Positions 1 to 8,000 of a stretch of DNA of 64,000 nucleotides are shown here, one piece after another; the first letter of the stretch is position 1; every line of letters begins with the position of its first letter. Under the pieces are notes generated by a model. It made no database searches and had not been told where the DNA came from. It saw only the letters and a list, made by a program, of their open reading frames with translations. Source of the DNA: Kiritimatiellia bacterium (GTDB lineage Bacteria; Verrucomicrobiota; Kiritimatiellia; RFP12; JBMNHG01); NCBI GenBank assembly GCA_050950285.1, contig JBMNHG010000002.1, positions 504,654 through 568,653 of the forward strand. Direction: 5' to 3'. The position numbers were made by a program, and so were the translations under genes.

Positions 1-686
1 TCGCGGGCCATGCCGGGGAATTGCGCCTCTTCGAGCGCCACGGGTTGCGCGCGATGGCCTTCCAAGGCCGCCGGCACCGCTACGAAGGCGAAGGGTGGAC
101 CCCCGTGCTCGCGCCCGTGGAAATCGCCCGCAGGCTGGGCGCCCCCTCGCTTCTCCTCACGAACGCGGCGGGCGGCATCCGGGAGGATCTCTCGCCGGGG
201 CGTTTGATGGCCCTTCGCGACCATATAAACCTCACGGGGCTCAATCCGCTCCAGGGCCCGGTCGTGCCGGGATGGGGGCCGCGATTCCCCGACATGTCCG
301 AGGTGTACGACCCCGCCTTCCGCGCCGCCATGCGCGAACGGCTCCGGTCCGAAGGCGTCGAACTCTCCGAAGGCGTCTACGTCTACGTGGCGGGCCCGAG
401 CTTCGAAACGCCCGCCGAGATTCGCGCCTTCCGCCGGCTCGACGGCGACGCCGTGGGGATGTCCACGGTTCCCGAGGCCATCGTGGCGCACGCCATCGGC
501 ATGCGCGTGGCGGCCGTCAGCTGCATCACCAACTTCGCCGCCGGCCTGGGCGGATGCCGTCTCGGCCACGAGGACGTGCTCGAAACCTCGCGCGACAGCC
601 TGCCGCGCATGGGCGCCGTCCTGGACGCCTTCCTGCGCACGGTGGCGGAAAAAACGTGTCCAGCCGCAGAGGACGGAGTGCCATGA
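1..686 (+). CDS. Purine nucleoside phosphorylase (PNP/MTAP family), 5'-truncated by window edge
   Basis: Translation contains the PNP family-1 signature GPSFETPAEIRAFRRLDGDAVGMSTVPE, close to human/E. coli PunA-type PNP. The reading frame is open from the window start, so the N-terminus is missing. Confidence 0.85.
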   Translation, partial: AGHAGELRLFERHGLRAMAFQGRRHRYEGEGWTPVLAPVEIARRLGAPSLLLTNAAGGIREDLSPGRLMALRDHINLTGLNPLQGPVVPGWGPRFPDMSEVYDPAFRAAMRERLRSEGVELSEGVYVYVAGPSFETPAEIRAFRRLDGDAVGMSTVPEAIVAHAIGMRVAAVSCITNFAAGLGGCRLGHEDVLETSRDSLPRMGAVLDAFLRTVAEKTCPAAEDGVP

Positions 687-2800
687 GTTCGCCTGCCAAG
701 TTCGAAAAACGCTTCCTGCGCAAAGTGCGCGGCGAGGGGCGGCGCCGTCCGAAGAACCTCGTCTTCACCGCCCTGGGACGCGAGCGCACCTTCCAGGCCT
801 ACGACATCGAGGACGACACCTTCGTGCTCGAGAAGGACATCTGGCGTGCGCCGCATGACAACGCCCCCATCCTCGTGGTGGCCAAGTCCGTCCTCTCCCC
901 CTCCGCCCCCGGGCACATCTTCACCCTCACCTCCGGCAACCACAGCGTGGCCGCGCTCCCGCTTCTCTCCGGCAAGTTCTGGGACCTCGGCGGCCTGCCG
1001 CCCGAGAAGCGCAGCGAAGCGCTGAAGAATGCCGTCGTCTGCTCGAACCTCGTGGACGGCCGCATCGAAATCTCGCAGCGCGATGTTCCGATGGAGACCG
1101 TCGTGGACGCCGACTCCTGGTTGCGCTCCCACGGCTGGTCGCTCGCGGACGTGGTGCTGGCGGACCGCAAGGACGCCACTCTCGAACACTACCGCCGCCA
1201 AGGCCAGGAGTGGCGCATCAAGCCGCTTGCCTGGACGCGCAAGGAGATGGAGGCCGTGCTCGCCGCCGAACGCACCCGCATCCACTCCGCCCTCCGCTAC
1301 TACCGAAACGTGAAGGGCGTCCACTTCCTCACCTTCCCGGAATTCGCCCGCCTGCGCAGGATGGTTTCCGAAGATTTCGAAGCCTTCCGCGCCTGCCTCT
1401 CCGAAATCGCCGGCGTGCTCGAAGGCGCAAGCGTCTCGTTCCTGCGCGACCCGAAGCACTACGGCCACCACGAGGTGGAACTCTTCGGCGTGCGGCCCGC
1501 CTTCGCCCAGGAGGCCCTCGTCCCCGCCCTCGAGGAAATCGAGGCCGAATCCCGCGAAGGAAGCCTCTCCCCCGCCATGGCCGCCGTGCTCATGGACAAC
1601 GTCCTGCTCGCCTATCGCAACGCCCTCGAAACCCCTGCGCTGGCCGACGAATCCTCCGACGAATTCGTCGAAACGCTCTATCGGCACCTGACCGGCGAGG
1701 TCTACCTGAGCACCCCCGGCCAGGTGCTCCCCGCCTTCGACGGCCGCCTCTCCGCCCTCCCCGGCGCCACCTACAGCCACGGCCGCCCCGACTACCACCC
1801 CGGCGTCGACCCCCGCACGCTCGCCATCCTCAACTACATCGACTCGCTCCTCAGCCACAACGAGTCCATCGAGTACGCCAACGTCTACGAACTCCGCACC
1901 GACGACCCCCTCGCGATCGAACGCGGCCAGACGCGCGAAATCGTCTACAAGACCAATCGCGGCCCGCTCTGCAAGCGGCTCATCGAGAAGCGCCTCTCCC
2001 ACTCCGGCACGGGCTATGGATGCTACGTCCTCGCCCGCGTCCAGGCCTTCCAGGCCCTCGGCGTGGCCTACGGCGACCACCACCTGCTCTCCCGCCACGA
2101 CGGCCACATGGGCGACTTCCACTTCTACGTCCGCCAGCACTACCCCGGCGAAGCCTTCGGATCGCTTCCCCAGCAGCGCTTCCTCAAGAGCGGCGAGGTC
2201 GCCGACGGCGCCGAGGACCCCGAAATCGTCCTCGCCGTGGCGGCTCTCATGGGCACCGCGGCCGCACAGAACCTCGTCGTGAAACGCTACGTCTCCAAGG
2301 TCGGATCCGTCTGCTTCGGCGAAGGCAAGGAGATCATCGAATTCGCCTACGACGTGAACCAGGGGCGCGAAATGCCCGTGAGAGTCCGCCTCTGCTCCGT
2401 GCGCGGCACCCTCGGATGGCCCGACTTCGCGCAGACCGAGGAAAACCTCCAGACCTGCTTCGACATCTACATGACCTCCTTCGCGCGCGCCATGGTGAAC
2501 TACCTCGCCAAGCATCCCTCCGTGACGCTCCTGCAAATCGCCGACCGCTTCTGGGAAGGCTTCTCGCGAACCACCCGCGAACTCCACTTGAACTACACCT
2601 GCCAGTACGACCAGTTCGACCAGTTCGATCCCGGCACCCGGACGATCTTCAAGTTCAAGGAAAAATGGAGCTTCGCGCTCTGGGCCCTTGGACAACAGTT
2701 CCATCGCCTTCCCAAACTCCGGGAAATGTTCTACCTTCGCCTTCGCGCGCTCCTCGCCGCCGACCAGGCGCAGAAGACGCAAGCCGGAGAAACACGCTAA
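683..2800 (+). CDS. Hypothetical protein (~705 aa), no recognisable domain
   Basis: Long ORF with balanced, non-repetitive amino-acid composition. ATG at 683 overlaps the PNP stop codon (ATGA, translational coupling). The reverse-strand ORF 383..2953 is G/A/E/V-rich antisense noise. No signal peptide. Function not assignable from sequence. Confidence 0.6.
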   Translation: MSSPAKFEKRFLRKVRGEGRRRPKNLVFTALGRERTFQAYDIEDDTFVLEKDIWRAPHDNAPILVVAKSVLSPSAPGHIFTLTSGNHSVAALPLLSGKFWDLGGLPPEKRSEALKNAVVCSNLVDGRIEISQRDVPMETVVDADSWLRSHGWSLADVVLADRKDATLEHYRRQGQEWRIKPLAWTRKEMEAVLAAERTRIHSALRYYRNVKGVHFLTFPEFARLRRMVSEDFEAFRACLSEIAGVLEGASVSFLRDPKHYGHHEVELFGVRPAFAQEALVPALEEIEAESREGSLSPAMAAVLMDNVLLAYRNALETPALADESSDEFVETLYRHLTGEVYLSTPGQVLPAFDGRLSALPGATYSHGRPDYHPGVDPRTLAILNYIDSLLSHNESIEYANVYELRTDDPLAIERGQTREIVYKTNRGPLCKRLIEKRLSHSGTGYGCYVLARVQAFQALGVAYGDHHLLSRHDGHMGDFHFYVRQHYPGEAFGSLPQQRFLKSGEVADGAEDPEIVLAVAALMGTAAAQNLVVKRYVSKVGSVCFGEGKEIIEFAYDVNQGREMPVRVRLCSVRGTLGWPDFAQTEENLQTCFDIYMTSFARAMVNYLAKHPSVTLLQIADRFWEGFSRTTRELHLNYTCQYDQFDQFDPGTRTIFKFKEKWSFALWALGQQFHRLPKLREMFYLRLRALLAADQAQKTQAGETR

Positions 2801-2822
2801 CCCATCAGCCCCAAGGCATCGC

Positions 2823-4280
2823 ATGGCTGGAAACCGGAAACCCCCTATGGACGAAACCCACGCTCCCAAAGCCAAATCACGGCGGACGCCGAGCAAACAC
2901 GGCGGACGCTTCGCCCGAGTCACCGCCTGGCTGATCTTCCTGGGCGTTACCATCGGCTACCTCGTCCTGCGCACGAACGGGAAGTCGGACCTGGTGGACT
3001 TTGTCCACCGCTTCGTCCTCCGCGACATGCCCACGGTCCGCTTCGATCCGCCAAACCTCGACGCCTTCATGGAAGTTCGCGGCACCCATCTCGAAATCCT
3101 CTGGCACGGCGTCGCCGAGTTCGCCATCAAAAACTTCTCCGAACGCCGCGCGGACCGCTTGCTGAAAACCTTGAGCTGCGTCTGCGGCGGCCTCTCCGCC
3201 TCGTTGCTCTTCGCGTCGGTGCGTTGCATGATCCTGCTCTTCCTCCGCGGCACCTATCACAAAGCCAAGTCCCGCAAGGTCGCCGCATGGATCGGCGGCG
3301 TCGTGGCCGCCGGCGTCCTCGCCGTGAACCAGCCCGCGTGGATCGCCGTCGGCTGGCTGCGCCCCGAACTCTTCGACCTCGCCATCATGATGGTCGCCGT
3401 CTACTCGTTCGTCTACGCCGCCGCCACAGGGCGATCCCGCTATCTCTGCGTCTACGCATTCCTCTACGGGCTCATGCTCTTCGAGACCGGCGACCTCATC
3501 CGCCTGCTCCCGTTCTTCCTCGTCTTCACCCTCGTCCTCCTCGCCCGCATGGGCCAGGCGCACCTTCGTCAAGTGCTGATCCTCGGCGGCCTCTTCCTCC
3601 TCGGCGCCTGCCTCTACCTCGGACTCGTCTGGATCGAAGTCGAAAGCGGCCAAATCGACTTCACCACCGCCATGTCCGACACCAACCCCTGCTGGTTCGC
3701 CGTCGTGCGCCATGTGAAAAACCATGTCATCCGCTGGCCGAAACAGTCCGTTCACATGCTCTCCATCATGATGGCCATCGCCCCCTGGCTTGTGACCGTC
3801 GCCCTTGGCGCCTGGACGCTCGGCCGCCCGCCCCGCGAATCGGACATCCTCCTCCATCTCCTGCTCGCCGCCACCGTCGTAGTCGGCATTTCCGACTGGT
3901 CGATGTCCCCCTGGGGCATGATCGGCCCCATGATCAAGAAAGGCGAGGCCCTCCCCCTCCCCTGTCTCGCCCAGGCGCTCATGGCCTCGACCTGCGGCTA
4001 TCTCGTGGCCTGGGGCATCCTCCAGTCCGGAGGCAGCCTCATAAGCCGCGCCCCCGCCACCGAAGCCACCCGCGACGAGGCCGACGACGACCCCGACGCC
4101 TACTACCGCTCCCTCCACCTCCGCCTCGTCCATTATTTCGGCCGCCTCCTCGCCTGGGGCCTCCTGGCCTTCGTGGCCTACACCGGTCTCATGAACAGCC
4201 GCGGACGCGTCCGCTACGGCCTCATCGACGATCAGAAGGAGGACGCCATCAACATGAAGTTCTTCAGCCCCCGGACGTAA
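2823..4280 (+). CDS. Polytopic integral membrane protein (~485 aa), unknown function
   Basis: At least 9-10 hydrophobic helices (e.g. VTAWLIFLGVTIGYLVL, IGGVVAAGVLAV, LLPFFLVFTLVLLA, LILGGLFLLGACLYLGLVWI). Alternative start ATG at 2847. Lies directly downstream of the 705-aa hypothetical. Confidence 0.6.
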   Translation: MAGNRKPPMDETHAPKAKSRRTPSKHGGRFARVTAWLIFLGVTIGYLVLRTNGKSDLVDFVHRFVLRDMPTVRFDPPNLDAFMEVRGTHLEILWHGVAEFAIKNFSERRADRLLKTLSCVCGGLSASLLFASVRCMILLFLRGTYHKAKSRKVAAWIGGVVAAGVLAVNQPAWIAVGWLRPELFDLAIMMVAVYSFVYAAATGRSRYLCVYAFLYGLMLFETGDLIRLLPFFLVFTLVLLARMGQAHLRQVLILGGLFLLGACLYLGLVWIEVESGQIDFTTAMSDTNPCWFAVVRHVKNHVIRWPKQSVHMLSIMMAIAPWLVTVALGAWTLGRPPRESDILLHLLLAATVVVGISDWSMSPWGMIGPMIKKGEALPLPCLAQALMASTCGYLVAWGILQSGGSLISRAPATEATRDEADDDPDAYYRSLHLRLVHYFGRLLAWGLLAFVAYTGLMNSRGRVRYGLIDDQKEDAINMKFFSPRT

Positions 4281-4293
4281 CGAACCACGCTCC

Positions 4294-5040
4294 ATGCCGT
4301 CCTCCCCTGCCCTTTCCGACGCCCCCCCAAACGCACGGCGCTGGACGCTCGCCCTCGAACGCAGCTCGCGCCCCCCCTCCATGGCCCTCTTCCGCGGCCT
4401 GGAGTGCGTCGCCGGACGCGGCTTCCCGTCCATGGCGGCCCACGGCGCCACCGCCTGGGCCGGCGCCCTCCGCGACCTGCTCGACGAAACCGGCGTGCGC
4501 CCCTCGGAGCTCGCCCTCCTCGCCGTCGGGCTCGGCCCCGGCTCGTTCTCCGGCACCCGCTCCGCCATCGCCTTCCTCCACGGCGTCGGACTCCCCGCCC
4601 GCATCCCCCTCGCCGGCGTCGGCAGCGCCGCAGCCGCCGCCTTCGCAGCCGCACGCGCACTCCCCGCCGGACACACCGTGGCCGTCGCAGGAGACGCCCG
4701 CCGCAGCCGCTGGTGGCGCGCCACCTTCACCACCCTCGACGCGCCCGGCACCCCCTTCGGACGCCTCCTCCGCCGCGCACTCCCCGACCCCGTCCCGCCG
4801 TCGCACGACGCCTCGGACTTCTCGCTCGTCCACCCGGACGTCCCGTCGCTGCGCTCAGGCGTCCCCGACGGCGCCACGTGGCTCGAAATCGAAACCCTCG
4901 TCGCCCCCGCCCTCGCGTCGGCACTGACCGTCCCCACCGCCCGCCACGTCGGCGAGCTCGTCCTGTCCGAACCCGCCGCCGCGCTCCCCGCCCCCCTCCC
5001 CATCTACCTCCAGCCCGCCCTGCTCCCTCCCAAACGCTGA
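4294..5040 (+). CDS. tsaB: tRNA threonylcarbamoyladenosine biosynthesis protein TsaB (YeaZ-like)
   Basis: Motif LAVGLGPGSFSGTRSAIAFLHGV matches the TsaB/YeaZ GPGSFTGLRIG signature. Size ~248 aa. Confidence 0.75.
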   Translation: MPSSPALSDAPPNARRWTLALERSSRPPSMALFRGLECVAGRGFPSMAAHGATAWAGALRDLLDETGVRPSELALLAVGLGPGSFSGTRSAIAFLHGVGLPARIPLAGVGSAAAAAFAAARALPAGHTVAVAGDARRSRWWRATFTTLDAPGTPFGRLLRRALPDPVPPSHDASDFSLVHPDVPSLRSGVPDGATWLEIETLVAPALASALTVPTARHVGELVLSEPAAALPAPLPIYLQPALLPPKR

Positions 5041-5049
5041 TCCCGCCGC

Positions 5050-5075
5050 AAAAAAAACGGCGCGCCGTTTTTTTT
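5050..5075. terminator. Bidirectional rho-independent terminator (A8-CGGCGCGCCG-T8)
   Basis: Sequence GCAAAAAAAACGGCGCGCCGTTTTTTTTGC: a GC palindrome flanked by an A-run and a T-run, immediately after the tsaB stop. Confidence 0.8.
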
Positions 5076-5093
5076 GCCACCTTCGACCCGACC

Positions 5094-8000
5094 ATGACCA
5101 CCCTCCGGCGACATCCAGGAACTCGCGGGACGACGACGGCCCTCCTCCCGCTCGCCGTCGCCGCCGCCTGGTTTCTGGCGTCGCCCCGACCCCTTCCGGC
5201 CGCCGCCACCTACCAACCCTTCGCCCACCACGGCCTCGTGCGCGCCCGGGCCGACCTCTTCCCCGATGCCACGCGCTTCTCCGCCACGCTCCTCCCGACG
5301 GACGACGCCTCCCCCGAAGCCGCCGCGCCTGCCGCCTTCGCCGCCGCCACCCGGGACGCGGACACACTGACCCTCCTCGTCGGCGGATGGCCCATCCTCC
5401 CCCCGGGACGCTATGCCATCCAAATCCAGGGCTTTGCCGCCAACGGGGGCGAAGCCGGATCGCTCGTCGTCCCCGACGCCGTGGAACTCGCCCCGCGCCG
5501 CATCGACGTGGCCTTGGTGCTGGACGATTCCCACAGCATGCGCCACACCGACCCCTCCCGGCTCCGCATCGAGGCCGCGCGCGTCTTCGCCCGCATCGCC
5601 GCCACCCGCGGCGACGTCGCCACCCTCTCCATCGTCGGCTTCAGCCGCCGCCCCCGCCTGCTTCTCCCGCCCTCCCCGCCCGGCGATGCCGCCGCCCTCG
5701 ATGCCGCGCTCGCCAGGCTCTCCGCCAGCGGCAGCACGGACCTCGACGCCGCCCTCATCCTCGCCGCGTCGGAACTCGCCAGGCTTCCCGCCGATTCCCG
5801 CAAGGTGCTCGTCGTGCTCTCGGACGGCCGCGACGAACCCGGCGAGTACGCGAACGCCCACCTCCGCTGCGTCGCGCTCCGCTGGCCCATCTACACCGTC
5901 GGCTTCTCGGAGGACATCGACGAGGCCACGCTCCGCCGCATCGCCGACTCCACCGGCGGCACTTTCCATCGCGCCGACTCCTCCGGGCAACTCGCCGCCA
6001 TCTTCACGAAAATCGCCCGCGACCTCCACCGCAACGTCTCCCTCGGCGAATGGCCCGCCGGAGAAGGCACGTCCGTCACGATCCCCGTGGACGACACCGT
6101 CCGCTCGCTCTCCCTGACCCTGCTCGACCAGGAACCCGGCGCAGCCTGCTCCCTGATCGACCCTGTCGGCGTCTCCCGCGCCATGGCCTGTCTCCCCGGC
6201 GCCCGCGACGACGTCGCAGAGATCTTCGCCCCCGCCGCCGGCGAATGGACCCTCCGCGGCATCCATGGCCACGGCATCCTCTCCGTCCAGGCCGCAAGCG
6301 ACCTCGAACTCGTCGCCATCCCCCCCGCCGACACCCCCGTCCGACCCGGCGACCCCCTCGCCCTCTCGTGCGTGCTCCTCTCCGCCGACGGCCCCGTCCC
6401 CGGCGCCACCCTCGTCGCCCGCCTCGATCCGCACGCCACGGACTCCCGCCTCCCCGAATGGCCCGACACACCCTTCCCCCTCCGCGACGACGGACAGGAT
6501 GGAGACATCGCTCCATCCGACGGCGTCTATGCCCTCCGCCTCCCTGCCCCGGCCGCAGGCTCCGGCACCCTGCGCTTCCTCGCCACAGGCCATACCCAGG
6601 CGGGCTTCGCCTTCGAACGCCACGACTCGCTCCCCCTCTCCGTTCTCGACCCCGCTCCACCTCCCAACCTCCCCGGCATCGCCTGGCTCTCCCCGCGCCT
6701 CCCCGATCCCCTGCCCTCCCCGCGCGGCATCCGATCCACCCTCCCCGCCCCCCTTCCCGAAAGCCGCTTCCCGCCACGCGTCCTCTCCTCCCGCCTCGAC
6801 AACCCTTCCACCCCCCTCCCCGCCGCCCGGAACCTCCTGCCCCTCCCCGCCACGACGCCCCCTCCCCTCCACCTTTCGTTCCCGCCCCCCACGCCCATCG
6901 GAGAGCTCCTTCCTCCGCCCGAGTTCCTCCCCGTCGCCCCGGACCCGTCGTTCTTCGAACGCTACAACTGGCTCCACATCCTCCTGCTCGTCTGCCTGCT
7001 CGCCCTCATCGCCTTCTTCCTCGTCCACCGGATGACGAAGCTCAAGGGCCGGCACGGACGGATGCTCAAGTACTTCGTGGGTTCCGTCGCCGCACACGCC
7101 CTCCTGCTCCTGCTCACGCTGGACTTGCTCGTGCAAGTGCGCGCCGTCGAGCTCGAGGACATCTCGCCCGGACTCGCCGTCTCCCTCGAAGCCCTGGAAG
7201 GCGCCACCGGAGTGCGCCTCGCCCCGCCCGGCCCCATCGCCGGCATCCGGGAACAGGAGCGCCAAACCACGCTCGAACGCGTCGAGGCGCGCATCGCCCG
7301 GGAAAACGAACGCCGTCGCGCCACACGCCATCCCGACCTCCCCACGCCGGAAACCTCCCTCCCCGCCCCCCACCTCGAAAACGGGGAAGTGCCGTCCGGC
7401 ACCCTCGCGCATCTCGAATCGAAAATTCCAGACGTCCCGCCCGAATCGGACCTCCCCTCCCCGCACGAGACGTCCGCAACCATCGTCCCGCACCTCGCGG
7501 AACCTTCGGAGCCCGGCGATACGCCCGTGGCCCGTGCAACGGACTTCGCACGCCTCGAAGCCGCCCGCTCCGGCAACGACGTTCCCCACCCCTCTCCCAC
7601 CATCCTGCCCGACGCATCGGAAGCCTTGGACAACGCCGCGATCGAAGCCCCCACCTTCGACGTCGCACATCGCAACCCGGCCCCCCTCCAGCAACTCGGA
7701 CCCGCCGCTGCCGCAAAAGCCACGGACGTCGCATGGCTCGACCTCCCGGACGCACCCTCCCACACCCCCGCTTCCATCGCTCTCGCCTTGCACCGCGCCG
7801 ACCCCGGCGCGGACGGCGGCTCCGCCTCCATCCGCACAGCCAGCGTGGCACGCCGCGAAACACCCCGCTCCGCAGGCGGCGCCACACGCAACGCGCCGAA
7901 CTCCTCCCGCGCTTCCCTCCCGGACGCGCCGATCGCTCCGTCCGGAGGCGCTCCCGACGCCCCCGTCTTCGCCGACGCGGGCGACGCGCACGCCGCGCAC

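Noticed and set aside
383-2953. 856-aa minus-strand ORF overlapping the 683..2800 gene
   Set aside because: G/A/E/V-rich low-complexity translation typical of an antisense frame in high-GC DNA; the plus-strand frame has balanced composition.
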